A stretch of DNA of 52,807 nt from Candidatus Cloacimonadota bacterium (GCA_020532215.1 JAJBBF010000043.1:1-52807); one strand, 5' to 3'. Counted from the first letter of the stretch, positions 35,536 to 46,218 are shown. The notes: generated by a model not told the origin, from the letters alone. A program made the numbers and translations.

Positions 35536-38424
35536 TTGAAGACCAAAATACTGATAAAAGGTGCTTCCGAGCACAATCTGAAGAACATCGACCTTTCCTT
35601 TCCCCGCGACCAACTGGTTGTTTTCACCGGTGTGTCCGGATCGGGAAAATCCTCCCTGGCTTTTGACACACTCTACGCCGAGGGCCAGCGCCGCTATGTG
35701 GAATCTCTTTCTGCTTACGCGCGGCAATTTTTAGGCCAGATGGAAAAGCCGCGGGTGGACTACATCGAGGGGCTTTCTCCGGCGATCGCGATCGAGCAGA
35801 AATCGGCCAGCAAGAATCCTCGCTCCACGGTGGGCACGGTCACCGAGATCTATGATTATCTGCGGGTGCTGTTCGCGCGGGCGGGAAAGCAGTATTGCCA
35901 CATTTGCGGCGATCCGGTTGGTTCCCAGACCGTGGACCAGATGATCGCGCATCTGATGCAAAAGCCTGCCGGCAGCAATTTCCAGATCCTTGCTCCCATC
36001 GCCCAGGGGCGCAAGGGCGAGCACAAAGAGCAGTTTGAAGAACTGCGCCAGGAAGGGTTTGTGCGGGTGCTGATCAACGGCCAGCTGCGCAATCTGGACG
36101 AAGAGATCGTGCTGGATAAAAAGAGCAAACACGACATCGATGTGGTGATCGACCGCGTGGTGATCAAAAAAGGGGTCGAATCCAGGCTGGCTGATTCCCT
36201 GGAACTGGCCCTGAAGCTCACCGACGGCCTCGTGAAGATCGATTTTACTGACGAAAACGAGATCCAGCTGCTGTCCTCCACCAATTCCTGCGCTCGCTGC
36301 AACATCGGTTTCGAGGAACTTTCGCCCCAGCATTTTTCCTTCAACAGTCCCATCGGCGCCTGCCCCCTCTGCAACGGCCTGGGCTACAAGCTGGAATTCG
36401 ATCCGGACCTGGTGGTGCCGAATCCTGAACTCACCATCATGGAAGGCGCCGTGGCGCCTTGGGGCAGGCTGGAGGTCAAGCAGGACAGCTGGACCCTGAA
36501 TACCGTGCGCAACCTGGCCAAGGCTTACGATTTTTCGCTCACTACCCCTTGGTACCAGCTGCCGGATATCGTTAAACAGCTGATCCTCTACGGCTCCAAG
36601 GGCAAGAAATTCAAGATCGCCTGGGCCAATGAACGCGGCTCCGGCAGCTTCATGATGCGCCACGAGGGGGTGATCCCAACCCTTCAGCGGCGCATGCATG
36701 AAACCACCTCCGAGGACATGCGGCGCTATTACATGCAGTATATCAGCGACAAGCCCTGCCCGGAATGCGGCGGGAAAAAGCTGAAAGCCTCTTCCCTGGC
36801 CGTGCGGGTGGGGGAGAAGAACATCGGCGACATCACAGCCTACAGCGTTCGGGAAGCCGGGGAATTCTTTGACAAGCTGAAACTCAGCGGCAATCAGCTG
36901 CTCATCGCCGCGGAGATCCTCAAGGAGATCAGGAACCGGCTGGGATTCCTTGCCAGTGTAGGTCTGCACTATCTGAGCCTGGACCGGCGTTCGCCCACCC
37001 TTTCCGGCGGCGAAAGCCAGCGCATCCGGCTTGCCAGCCAGATTGGCAGCCAGCTGGTGGGGGTGATGTACATCCTGGACGAACCCAGCATCGGGCTGCA
37101 CCAGCGCGATAACAAAAAGCTGATCCAAATGCTCTGCCAGTTGCGGGACCTGGGCAACACCGTGATCGTGGTGGAACACGACGAGGACACCATCCGCAGC
37201 GCGGACCGGGTGGTGGATTTTGGCCCCCGGGCCGGGATCCACGGTGGCGAGATCGTTGTTTCCGGCAGCGTCGAGGAGATGGTGAAGAATGCCCGATCCC
37301 TCACCGGCGCCTATCTGAGCGGCAGGATGCGCATCCCCATCCCGGAAAAGCGGGTCAAAGCCGATGACCGGGTGATCGCCATCCACGGAGCGCAGCAGAA
37401 CAACCTGAAGAACATCGATGTGAATATCCCCCTGGGGATGTTCGTTTGCGTTACGGGGGTTTCGGGCAGCGGCAAGAGTTCGCTGATCAACCAGACCCTC
37501 TATCCCCACCTGCAGAACCACTTTTACCGCAGCACGCACAAGGTGGGAAAGATGAAAGCCATAGAGGGTTTGGAGCATATCGATAAGGTGATCTGCATCG
37601 ACCAGGATCCCATCGGCCGCACCCCGCGCTCCAATCCCAGCACCTACATCAAGCTTTTTGATCCCATCCGCCAGCTTTACAGCAAGCTGCCAGCTTCCAA
37701 GGTGCGGGGTTACAGCGCCGGGCGTTTTTCTTTCAACGTGCGCGGCGGGCGCTGCGAAGCCTGCCAGGGCGCGGGGGTGAACCAGATCGAGATGCACTTC
37801 ATGGCGGATATCTACGTTACCTGCGAGGTCTGCAAAGGCAAACGCTACAACCATGAAACCCTCGGCATCCGCTACAAGGGCAAGAACATCGCTGAGGTGC
37901 TGGATATGGATGTGCAGGAGGCCTATGAGTTTTTTGCCAACATCCCCTCCATCCAGCCCAAACTGGAGACCCTGATGGAGGTGGGGCTGGATTATATGAA
38001 GCTGGGGCAACCCTCCACCACCCTCTCCGGCGGCGAAGCCCAGCGGATCAAACTGGCCCGGGAGCTGAGCAAGGTAAGCACCGGCAGCACCCTCTACCTG
38101 CTGGATGAACCCACCACCGGCCTGCATTTCGACGATATCAACCGGCTGCTGAAAGTGCTTGCCAAACTGGTGCGGATGGGCAACACGGTGGTGGTGATCG
38201 AGCACAACCTGGATGTGATCAAAACCGCGGACTGGGTGATTGACCTGGGCCCGGAAGGCGGTGAGGCCGGCGGATATGTAGTCGCGACCGGCACTCCCGA
38301 AGAGATCATCGAAAACAAGAAGTCTTTCACGGGCCAGTTCCTTAAAACCCATTATCTGCGCGAAACGAAATCCGAAGCCAACAAGCCTTCCAGGAAAAAA
38401 AAGGGCGGGAAGGGCAAATCTTGA
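35536..38424 (+). CDS. uvrA: Excinuclease ABC subunit A
   Basis: TTG start after GAGG; two GVSGSGKSS Walker A motifs, two LSGGE signatures and Zn fingers. Confidence 0.98.
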   Translation: MKTKILIKGASEHNLKNIDLSFPRDQLVVFTGVSGSGKSSLAFDTLYAEGQRRYVESLSAYARQFLGQMEKPRVDYIEGLSPAIAIEQKSASKNPRSTVGTVTEIYDYLRVLFARAGKQYCHICGDPVGSQTVDQMIAHLMQKPAGSNFQILAPIAQGRKGEHKEQFEELRQEGFVRVLINGQLRNLDEEIVLDKKSKHDIDVVIDRVVIKKGVESRLADSLELALKLTDGLVKIDFTDENEIQLLSSTNSCARCNIGFEELSPQHFSFNSPIGACPLCNGLGYKLEFDPDLVVPNPELTIMEGAVAPWGRLEVKQDSWTLNTVRNLAKAYDFSLTTPWYQLPDIVKQLILYGSKGKKFKIAWANERGSGSFMMRHEGVIPTLQRRMHETTSEDMRRYYMQYISDKPCPECGGKKLKASSLAVRVGEKNIGDITAYSVREAGEFFDKLKLSGNQLLIAAEILKEIRNRLGFLASVGLHYLSLDRRSPTLSGGESQRIRLASQIGSQLVGVMYILDEPSIGLHQRDNKKLIQMLCQLRDLGNTVIVVEHDEDTIRSADRVVDFGPRAGIHGGEIVVSGSVEEMVKNARSLTGAYLSGRMRIPIPEKRVKADDRVIAIHGAQQNNLKNIDVNIPLGMFVCVTGVSGSGKSSLINQTLYPHLQNHFYRSTHKVGKMKAIEGLEHIDKVICIDQDPIGRTPRSNPSTYIKLFDPIRQLYSKLPASKVRGYSAGRFSFNVRGGRCEACQGAGVNQIEMHFMADIYVTCEVCKGKRYNHETLGIRYKGKNIAEVLDMDVQEAYEFFANIPSIQPKLETLMEVGLDYMKLGQPSTTLSGGEAQRIKLARELSKVSTGSTLYLLDEPTTGLHFDDINRLLKVLAKLVRMGNTVVVIEHNLDVIKTADWVIDLGPEGGEAGGYVVATGTPEEIIENKKSFTGQFLKTHYLRETKSEANKPSRKKKGGKGKS

Positions 38425-38446
38425 ACAGCTCCGCGCGGACCCCGGC

Positions 38447-40624
38447 ATGCCTGAGATAAATTTCAAATACCAGGCTCCCACCGCCGGGAAACATCTGGTG
38501 GGAATCACCGGCGATTTCACCGATTGGGAGATCCTGGACCTGATCGACATCGGCGGCATCTTTATCCTCAAACTGGATGTGGAGCCCGGCCTCTATCGCT
38601 ACAAACTGATCGTGGACGGCAATTGGTTGGCGGACCCGGCCAATCTCAGGCGTGAGGCGGATCCCTTCGGTGGCGAGAACTCCATCCTGGAAGTAAGCCA
38701 CAAAGCCAAACCTGGCCTCACCTGGGAACAAGCGCTGGAAGATCTTTCCCGATTGGCAGAACGCGAGGGGCGCTATCTGGAGATAAACCGCCTGGCTGAG
38801 AATGATTTTGAGCTCCGCTTCAACTGGCATCCGGGATTGGACGCTCAGCTGAGCGCCAGCATCGGAGGCCGGGAATACAAACTTTACCGCCTGGGCGTGA
38901 CCGGCAGCAAAGAAGTGTATCATTGCCGCTTTGCCTGCAGCCAAGCGGAGACCGGAGCGCTGATCCGGATCAAGGCCGCGGGCGCGATTCTGTTCTATGG
39001 CGCCGGCGGCTTCAGCTTATCCGAAACCCAAGCCGAACAACGCCGGCTGGAGCTTTCAGCATTGCCAGTCTTCCGCGTTCCCAAATGGGCCAGGGAAGCC
39101 ATCATCTACCAGATATTTCCGGACCGCTTCCGCAACGGCGATCCCGGCAACGACCCCGATTTCAGCGAGGATTACTACGCTGATTGCCGCACTCCGCCAC
39201 CGGAGGGGGAATTGCTGCCGCCGCACCGCGAGTATTTTCATCTGGTGGAAGACTGGACCGACATCGCCGGCCTCAAGCAAAGTCCCTGGCTGGAAGCGGG
39301 GAAACCGGACTGGTGGTCCTTCTACGGCGGAGACCTTGCCGGCGTGCGCCAGAAACTGCCCTATCTGGTGGACCTGGGCATCAACGTGATCTACTTCAAC
39401 CCCCTCTGGCAAGCCCGCTCCAGCCACAAATACGACGCCGCGGACTTTAAAAAGGTGGATCCCCATTTTGGCAGCGCCGGGGAACTGCAAACGCTGGTCA
39501 AAGAAGCCCGCGAAGCCGGGATCCGCGTTATCCTGGACGTGGCTTTCAACCACACCGGCAAAGATTTTTGGGCTTTTCGTGATTGCGTGGACAAGGGTCC
39601 GGAATCGGAATACTGGAATTGGTACGACTGGCGGAAATGGCCGCTGCCGGATCCTCTGCCGGCGGACTTCAAACCCATGGATTACTATCAGTGCTGGTGG
39701 GGCATCAAGGACATGCCGGACCTCAACTTTGACCTTAGCCGCGTCCATCCGGCCGAAAACTACGTGAAAGACATCAAACAGGCCGTTCCCAACCAGTCCT
39801 TGGTGGACCACATCCTTGATTGCGTGCGTTGGTGGCTGCTGGAAATAGGCATCGACGGTTTCCGCCTGGACGTTCCGGATGAGGTTCCCTACTGGTTTTG
39901 GGAGCTTTTCCGCGGCACGGTCAAGTCACTTAAGCCGGATGCCTGGATCATTGGCGAGATCTGGCAAAGCGCGCGCGGCTGGGTTGGCCCGCATTATTTC
40001 GACGCGGTGATGAATTACGCCTTTTTCAAGGACCCGGTGCTGGAATTTTTCATTTTGGGCCTGGGCGACCGCGACAGCTTTCGTGAACGCATCCAGGAAG
40101 GCCTGGCCCAGTATCCGCTGCAAGCCGCGGGCGCGATGATGAATTTGCTGGGCAGCCATGATACTGTGCGCATCCTGGAACTGGCTGAAGGCAGGATCGA
40201 GCGTCTGAAGCAGGCCTTGGTCTTCCAGATGACCTTTGTGGGAGCCCCTCATATCTATTACGGCGACGAGATCGGCATGCTGGGCGGCCGGGATCCCGAC
40301 AACCGCCGGCCCTTCAACTGGGATTGGGAGCGGGAGGAGCAGGCAAAGGAGCTGCGTGGATTCTACCGGAACCTGATCCGCCTGCGCAAGTCCGATCCCC
40401 TGTTCACGGAGGGGGAATTCGCCTTTTGCGACGCGCCGGAGGGGCTGCTGGCGTGGAAACGCTACAACGGCTCTGGCTCCATCTTCGCCGTGTTGAACCT
40501 TTCCGCCTGGGAGCAAGATTACACGCTTATCGGCACAGGGCAGGTCCTGGCAAGCCTTGGCGAGTTTGACAAGCTTGATGGTGGCTGGCGAATCCAGCCC
40601 GGATCCGCTGTGATCTGGCGCTGA
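38447..40624 (+). CDS. GH13 neopullulanase/cyclomaltodextrinase-like glycosidase with N-terminal CBM48-like domain
   Basis: YRYKLIVDGNW (CBM48); IYQIFPDRF, HKYD, LDVAFNH, DGFRLDV, GEIW, LGSHD, YYGDE. Confidence 0.92.
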   Translation: MPEINFKYQAPTAGKHLVGITGDFTDWEILDLIDIGGIFILKLDVEPGLYRYKLIVDGNWLADPANLRREADPFGGENSILEVSHKAKPGLTWEQALEDLSRLAEREGRYLEINRLAENDFELRFNWHPGLDAQLSASIGGREYKLYRLGVTGSKEVYHCRFACSQAETGALIRIKAAGAILFYGAGGFSLSETQAEQRRLELSALPVFRVPKWAREAIIYQIFPDRFRNGDPGNDPDFSEDYYADCRTPPPEGELLPPHREYFHLVEDWTDIAGLKQSPWLEAGKPDWWSFYGGDLAGVRQKLPYLVDLGINVIYFNPLWQARSSHKYDAADFKKVDPHFGSAGELQTLVKEAREAGIRVILDVAFNHTGKDFWAFRDCVDKGPESEYWNWYDWRKWPLPDPLPADFKPMDYYQCWWGIKDMPDLNFDLSRVHPAENYVKDIKQAVPNQSLVDHILDCVRWWLLEIGIDGFRLDVPDEVPYWFWELFRGTVKSLKPDAWIIGEIWQSARGWVGPHYFDAVMNYAFFKDPVLEFFILGLGDRDSFRERIQEGLAQYPLQAAGAMMNLLGSHDTVRILELAEGRIERLKQALVFQMTFVGAPHIYYGDEIGMLGGRDPDNRRPFNWDWEREEQAKELRGFYRNLIRLRKSDPLFTEGEFAFCDAPEGLLAWKRYNGSGSIFAVLNLSAWEQDYTLIGTGQVLASLGEFDKLDGGWRIQPGSAVIWR

Positions 40625-40651
40625 AAAGGGGAGTGGGGCAGATGTTTTGGA

Positions 40652-40684
40652 TTGACACAATGGATAACGGGCAAAAAGTTGGGA
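40652..40684 (+). promoter_or_regulatory. Putative promoter
   Basis: TTGACA-N17-AAAGTT-GGGA upstream of coaBC. Confidence 0.55.
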
Positions 40685-40706
40685 ACAAAGGACCTATGAG
40701 ACTATC

Positions 40707-41882
40707 ATGAAAGAGAAGATTCTACTCTGTGTGAGCGGCGGGATCGCCGCTTATAAGGCCATTGAACTGGCCAGCCTGCTCAGCAAAGCCGGATTTGTGG
40801 TGAAGACGGTACTCACGGACAACGGCCAGCGCTTCGTCTCGCGGATCAATTTCGCCGCCATCACCCATCAAAGCGTCCACAACTCGCTGTTTGAGGATTC
40901 CGACCCCATACCGCACATCGATCTTGCCGATTGGGCGGATCTGATCGTGGTGGCACCCGCCACGGCGAACATATTGGCCAAAGCAGCCATGGGCATTGCC
41001 GACGATCTGCTTTCCGCCACCCTTCTGGCGCACAAAAAACCTGTGCTCTTCGTGCCGGCGATGAATGTGAATATGTATGAGCATCCCGCCACCCAAGCCA
41101 ACCTGAGCGTTCTCAGAGAGCGCGGAAATCATATTTTGGAGCCGGTTACGGGCTTGCTGGCCTGCGGCTATGAAGGCAAGGGCAAATATCCCCCCAACCC
41201 TGAGATCGTTTATGCCGTCCGCTGCTATCTGGAATATCCCGAAGATCTGCGCGGGATCAAGGTTTTGGTAACCGCTGGCGCGACTGCCGAACCGATAGAT
41301 CCCATGCGTTTGATCACCAACAAATCCAGCGGCAAAATGGGGCTGGCCATCGCCCGGGCCTTCGCGCTCAGGGGAGCCCAGGTAACCCTGGTCCACGGAC
41401 TGATGGAGGAAAAACCGCCCTATTACCTCCACGAGGCGATCTTCGCGCCCACGGTCCAGCTGATGCAAAACGCCGTGATCAAGGCCGCAAAGGGCAGCCA
41501 GATCATTGTTAAATGCGCCGCGGTCTCGGATTTCAAGCCACTCAAGGCCGCTTCCCAAAAGATCAAGAAAGGCGGCAGCCTCAACCTGGATTTGGTGCCT
41601 ACCCCGGATATCCTGGCCCAGCTTGGCAAACAGAAAACCAAGAAGCAGAAACTGATCGGCTTTGCCGCCGAAACTGAAAAGCTGGTTGCCAACGCCTGGG
41701 AAAAACTGTTGCGCAAGAATCTGGATCTGATCTGCGTGAACCATCTCGATACCGCCGGCTCGGACCAGACCAAGCTTTCGCTCATCAGCGCGGGCCAGGC
41801 CAAAACTGCCAGGCCGCTTGAGCTCAGCGGCGACAAATTTGAGGTCGCGCTGCGCCTGGTGGAGCGGATAATCCAGCTATGA
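40707..41882 (+). CDS. coaBC: Bifunctional phosphopantothenoylcysteine decarboxylase/synthase
   Basis: GGIAAYK, APATAN, PAMN, LACG, TNKSSGKMG, AAVSDF, GFAAET. Confidence 0.97.
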   Translation: MKEKILLCVSGGIAAYKAIELASLLSKAGFVVKTVLTDNGQRFVSRINFAAITHQSVHNSLFEDSDPIPHIDLADWADLIVVAPATANILAKAAMGIADDLLSATLLAHKKPVLFVPAMNVNMYEHPATQANLSVLRERGNHILEPVTGLLACGYEGKGKYPPNPEIVYAVRCYLEYPEDLRGIKVLVTAGATAEPIDPMRLITNKSSGKMGLAIARAFALRGAQVTLVHGLMEEKPPYYLHEAIFAPTVQLMQNAVIKAAKGSQIIVKCAAVSDFKPLKAASQKIKKGGSLNLDLVPTPDILAQLGKQKTKKQKLIGFAAETEKLVANAWEKLLRKNLDLICVNHLDTAGSDQTKLSLISAGQAKTARPLELSGDKFEVALRLVERIIQL

Positions 41883-42658
41883 AGCCATTGCTGATCATCA
41901 CCGGCGCCAATGGCCAGGTGGGTTCTTTCCTGGCCAAATCCTGGGCGGGATCGCGCCAGCCGCTGCTGCTGCTTTACCATAAAGACTCCAGCCGCCTGGA
42001 AGCTCTGCGGGACCAAAGCGGGATCCATCTCAGATCCTGCGACCTGCGCGATCTTGATGAGCTCAAAGCCTCTGTGGAAGAGGCCTGCCATATTTTGAAC
42101 GCCGTTCCTGCCAGCCTGGTCCACACAGCCGCGGTACGCAGTTATGACGCCCAAACCATGGCCAACGGCGATCCAGAGATCTGGCAAGAGGTGTTCGGAA
42201 CCAACGTCACGATGGCCTGCAACGTCCTCAAAGCCTGCCTTCCAGGTATGTTGGAACAGAAATTCGGACGGATCGTGCTGTTCGGATCCAATGTAGTATC
42301 AACAGGCCTTAACAGAGGCTCAGCCTATGCCGCGGCCAAAGCGGCGATCGTGAACCTGGCGCGCAGCGTGGCCCTGGAAACCGCGCCAGACAACGTTTTG
42401 ATCAACTCGATCTCACCAGCGCCGGTGGAGACCGATCTTAAGAGCGACTTCGAAGGTGAATACCTGGCTTTCCGCCAAAGCTATTTCGAGGCTTACCGCC
42501 GGCTGAGCCCGACCGGAAAGCTGATATCCCTGGATGAGATCCGCCACCTCAGTGAGTTATTACTGAGCTCCGGGCTGGCCAACCTGAACGGACAGAACAT
42601 CGTTTTGGACGGAGGACTGTCTGCTCCCCTGCTTAACCCTCAGGGCACAGGCAGTTAA
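41879..42658 (+). CDS. SDR-family oxidoreductase
   Basis: ITGANGQVG, YAAAK, INSISP, LDGG. Confidence 0.85.
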   Translation: MKPLLIITGANGQVGSFLAKSWAGSRQPLLLLYHKDSSRLEALRDQSGIHLRSCDLRDLDELKASVEEACHILNAVPASLVHTAAVRSYDAQTMANGDPEIWQEVFGTNVTMACNVLKACLPGMLEQKFGRIVLFGSNVVSTGLNRGSAYAAAKAAIVNLARSVALETAPDNVLINSISPAPVETDLKSDFEGEYLAFRQSYFEAYRRLSPTGKLISLDEIRHLSELLLSSGLANLNGQNIVLDGGLSAPLLNPQGTGS

Positions 42659-42723
42659 GCGCCTCCCGCCTGATGGCCGCGGCAAATGCGGGGATCGGAC
42701 GAGAGGTTCACGGGTGACACACA

Positions 42724-43758
42724 ATGACCGATTTACTTGATATTGAGTCCTACAACTACCATCTGCCTCCGGAACTTATAGCGCAGTATCCCCTCGAGGA
42801 AAGAAGCCGGTCCCGCTTGATGCGGGTTGACCGGGCCACAGGAGCAATTGTCCACGGTGCTTTTGCCGACATTCTGGACCTGCTGGCCCCCGGCGAAGTC
42901 CTGGTGGTGAATTCCAGCAAAGTTATCCCTGCCCGCCTCTTCGGACAAAAACAAAACGGCACCAGGATCGAAGTTCTCTTGCTGCACAGGCTGGAAGGTT
43001 CCCGCTGGAAGTGCATGGTCCATCCCGGCAAACGGCTGAAAACCGCGCAGTGGCTTGATTTTTCGCTTGGCCTCAGGGGCTGGATCTCCCTGGCGGACGG
43101 CGATGGCCTGCGCGAGATCGAATTCGCCGAGCCAGAAACCTACTGGCAAAAGATCGAACGGATAGGGCATGTTCCCCTGCCGCCTTACATCAAACGTCCT
43201 GATGAAAACTCGGACCGCCAGGCCTATCAGACCGTCTATGCCAACGATCCAGGCTCGGTGGCCGCGCCCACGGCCGGATTGCATTTCAGCGCTGAGTTGC
43301 TCGCCGCCTTAAAGCGAAAAGGCGTTCAGATAGTCGAAGTGATCCTGCATGTGGGCATGGGCACTTTCCTGCCCGTGAAAAGCCAGCGCATCGATGAACA
43401 CAAGATGCACAGCGAGTTTTGCACCGTTCCCGCGGCAACAGCTACAGCCGTGAATGACGCCAAAGCAGAGGGCCGCAGGGTGATCGCCGTGGGCAGTACT
43501 TCCGTGCGGACCCTGGAAAGCTTTTGGCAAGAGGGACAGCTGAAAAGCGGCTCTCACTGGACGGACATCTTCATCTATCCAGGCAGAAAGATCCAGTCGG
43601 TGGACGCGCTGGTAACCAACTTTCACCTGCCCAGATCGTCACTGCTGATGATGATATCAGCCTTCGCAAGTTACCACCTGATCCGCCGGGCCTACCAGGC
43701 CGCCGTTGAAGAAAAGTACCGCTTCTTCAGCTACGGCGACGCGATGTACATATCATGA
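42724..43758 (+). CDS. queA: S-adenosylmethionine:tRNA ribosyltransferase-isomerase
   Basis: LIAQYP, PLPPYI, YQTVYA, GSVAAPTAGLHF, TNFHLP, YRFFSYGDAM. Confidence 0.97.
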   Translation: MTDLLDIESYNYHLPPELIAQYPLEERSRSRLMRVDRATGAIVHGAFADILDLLAPGEVLVVNSSKVIPARLFGQKQNGTRIEVLLLHRLEGSRWKCMVHPGKRLKTAQWLDFSLGLRGWISLADGDGLREIEFAEPETYWQKIERIGHVPLPPYIKRPDENSDRQAYQTVYANDPGSVAAPTAGLHFSAELLAALKRKGVQIVEVILHVGMGTFLPVKSQRIDEHKMHSEFCTVPAATATAVNDAKAEGRRVIAVGSTSVRTLESFWQEGQLKSGSHWTDIFIYPGRKIQSVDALVTNFHLPRSSLLMMISAFASYHLIRRAYQAAVEEKYRFFSYGDAMYIS

Positions 43759-44462
43759 TCACCTCAGTATTTTACAGGCAACTGGACAGCACCAAACTGG
43801 AGTATGAAAGGATCCGCGCGAACGGATCGCCCGAAGACCGCTGGATCATCCGCACCGGAGAGCAGACCAGAGGGCAGGGCCGGGGCGAAAACACCTGGCA
43901 TTCACCCGCGGGCGGCTTGTGGCTTAGTTTTGATCTGCCTTACCCCAGGCCAGTGGCTTCCTTTCCCCTCTATGTGGGCTTTTGCCTGATCCGCCTGCTG
44001 AACCGGCTCTACGGCCTTTCCAGCCTCCGCCTGAAATGGCCCAACGACATATTTCTGGAGGGACGGAAACTGGCCGGGATCCTCTGCGCCCATCTGCAAA
44101 ACCCATCCCGCTATCTGGTCAGCCTTGGTATGAACACCGGAGTGGGCAGGGATGATGTGTTGCATGAACTCGATGCGGCTATCTTATCTGAATACATAGG
44201 ATTGCCTGTATCGAATCAGTATCTGGCCCAGCTGTTCATCCATAATCTTCAGAGGAATGCCGGGCTGCTGGACAGCCCCGAAACTTACATCTCCTGGTGT
44301 GCGGAAAACCTATATGGCCTGGGCCGGCAAGCAGAGGCCGATTGCGGGGACATGATCATTCGCGGCCGGATCGAGGGACTTTCGGATGCGGGGTTTCTAC
44401 TTTTAAAAGGTAAAATGGGTAAGCTGGCGAGTATAAGCCACGGCAGTCTGAGAATCCTCTGA
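43755..44462 (+). CDS. birA: Biotin--protein ligase (no N-terminal HTH)
   Basis: QTRGQGRG..WHSP, LKWPND, KLAGIL. Confidence 0.9.
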   Translation: MITSVFYRQLDSTKLEYERIRANGSPEDRWIIRTGEQTRGQGRGENTWHSPAGGLWLSFDLPYPRPVASFPLYVGFCLIRLLNRLYGLSSLRLKWPNDIFLEGRKLAGILCAHLQNPSRYLVSLGMNTGVGRDDVLHELDAAILSEYIGLPVSNQYLAQLFIHNLQRNAGLLDSPETYISWCAENLYGLGRQAEADCGDMIIRGRIEGLSDAGFLLLKGKMGKLASISHGSLRIL

Positions 44463-44485
44463 TGGCCAGGTTTGATAGCTTTTTC

Positions 44486-44517
44486 TTGACAGATAATGGT
44501 GCTAAAAATGGATTGGA
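44486..44517 (+). promoter_or_regulatory. Putative promoter
   Basis: TTGACA-N17-TGGATT-GGA upstream of 44550. Confidence 0.45.
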
Positions 44518-44549
44518 ATAAAGAGAAATATTATTTCCGGGAGGAATCA

Positions 44550-46157
44550 ATGAACAAATGGATAATAATCGTCCTCGCAGCCCTGCTGGGCCTCTACGCC
44601 TGCGCGGGTAACCAAACTGCCGAGGAAGCCGTGGCCAAGTCCGAATTCGCCACCCAGGTGGCGGTGCTGCCTCTGAAGGCTTTGGACAGCTCCAGCCGCT
44701 ACATCACCAAGATACTCACAGTCAGGGATCTGGATCTGACCTTCGACAAGTATGCCAACTACACCCTGCTGAACATGGATGAAACCGCGAAGAACTTCAA
44801 GGAAACCGGCTTCACAGATGTGGAGGACCTGGAGATAGAGGAAATGGTGGAGATCTCCAAAAACCTCGCTTCAGACCTGATCGTGATGGGCAACGTGAGC
44901 GAAAGCCGTGCTGGCTTGTACAACATCTCGATGCGCATGTACAGCACCCTCACCGGCGACCTGAAACAGGTGAGCTTCAACGTCGGCAAGGAAAAAACCG
45001 CACGCTGGAAAGCCCTGGAAGAAGGCATGATGAAGGAACTCGACGGCTTCATCTCCGGAGAAATGGACAAGATCTTCAATATCGCCACCAACTATTACAA
45101 CAACGGCAATTACACCGAGGCTGAGAAATCCCTCAAGCAGGTCGTTGCCCTCAAACCCGACAAGGTGGAAGCCTATTTATACCTCGGCAACACCTACCTG
45201 AAGCTGGAAAACAACGAACTGGCGGAGCAAGCCCTGCTTAAAGGCAGCGCAGCCGATCCCGCGAACCTGAGCATCATGCGCGCCCTCAACGAGATCTATG
45301 AAAAGACCGGCCAGACCGCCAAACGCATCAGCCTGATGGAAAAATTCGCCGAGGCCAACAAAGATGCTGAAACCTGGTTCGCCGTAGGCAACCTATACGA
45401 CCAGCAGGGCAGTAAAACCAAGGCCAAGGATGCTTTCCGCCAAGCCCTGACCCTTGATCCGGATTACTCGGCCGCCAACGTCCGCCTGGCTTTCATGCTC
45501 TATGACGAAGAGAACTACAGCGAAGCCATCCCCATGCTGGAAAAGGCCTTCGAATTCGCACCGGACAACGATATCATCAGCAGCAGGCTGGCCACTGCCT
45601 ACCAGAGAAGCGGCCGCATCCAGGACGCCATAACCAAATATGAAGGCCTGATCAAGAACGATCCCAACAACTCCAACGCCTATCTGAACCTGGTGAATCT
45701 CTACCGCACGGACAACCAGGATACCAAGGCGATCGAAACGATCAACGCCCTCAAGCAGGTAGATCCGGACAACGAATACGTATATCTGAACCTCGCCGCC
45801 ATCTACCTTTCCCAGAACAAGTACAACGACGCGGAAACGAATGCCAATCTCACCATCTCCAAAAACTCCAGCCTGTACCAGCCCTATGTGATCCTGGCCT
45901 CTGTTTTCCAATCCAGAGGTACCGACGCTTACAACAACTATCTGGATCTGGACCGCCAGGCCTCCAAAGCGGTCGGCAAGAAAGCCACCAACCTCAGAAA
46001 ACAGCGTGACGACGCCAAATCCAGCGCCCAGTCACTTCTGGGCAGGGCGCGCGATAATCTTGACACCGCCAGGAGCAAGGCCACCGAAGCCGAAGCCATA
46101 GCGGATATCAATGCCCGGCTCAGCCGCGTGAACGACCTGATCAGTAAACTCAACTAA
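44550..46157 (+). CDS. TPR-repeat lipoprotein
   Basis: ATG 44550 after GGAGG; lipobox LYAC; multiple TPR units (AYLYLG, WFAVG, AYLNL, ALTLDP). Confidence 0.88.
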   Translation: MNKWIIIVLAALLGLYACAGNQTAEEAVAKSEFATQVAVLPLKALDSSSRYITKILTVRDLDLTFDKYANYTLLNMDETAKNFKETGFTDVEDLEIEEMVEISKNLASDLIVMGNVSESRAGLYNISMRMYSTLTGDLKQVSFNVGKEKTARWKALEEGMMKELDGFISGEMDKIFNIATNYYNNGNYTEAEKSLKQVVALKPDKVEAYLYLGNTYLKLENNELAEQALLKGSAADPANLSIMRALNEIYEKTGQTAKRISLMEKFAEANKDAETWFAVGNLYDQQGSKTKAKDAFRQALTLDPDYSAANVRLAFMLYDEENYSEAIPMLEKAFEFAPDNDIISSRLATAYQRSGRIQDAITKYEGLIKNDPNNSNAYLNLVNLYRTDNQDTKAIETINALKQVDPDNEYVYLNLAAIYLSQNKYNDAETNANLTISKNSSLYQPYVILASVFQSRGTDAYNNYLDLDRQASKAVGKKATNLRKQRDDAKSSAQSLLGRARDNLDTARSKATEAEAIADINARLSRVNDLISKLN

Positions 46158-46185
46158 ATCATAACCCTGCGGGGTAAAACATAGC

Positions 46186-46218
46186 GAAAAAGACGCCTGT
46201 ATCCGGGCGTCTTTTTTC
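46186..46218 (+). terminator. Intrinsic terminator
   Basis: aaaaagacgcc/ggcgtcttttt stem with T6. Confidence 0.85.

Noticed and set aside
35731-38571. 946-aa antisense ORF over uvrA (likewise 631 aa over uvrB, 593 aa over the C25 gene and similar ones over purL, the helicase and ahcY)
   Set aside because: Shadow ORFs expected from strong GC3 bias; they mirror well-conserved genes and carry no motifs.
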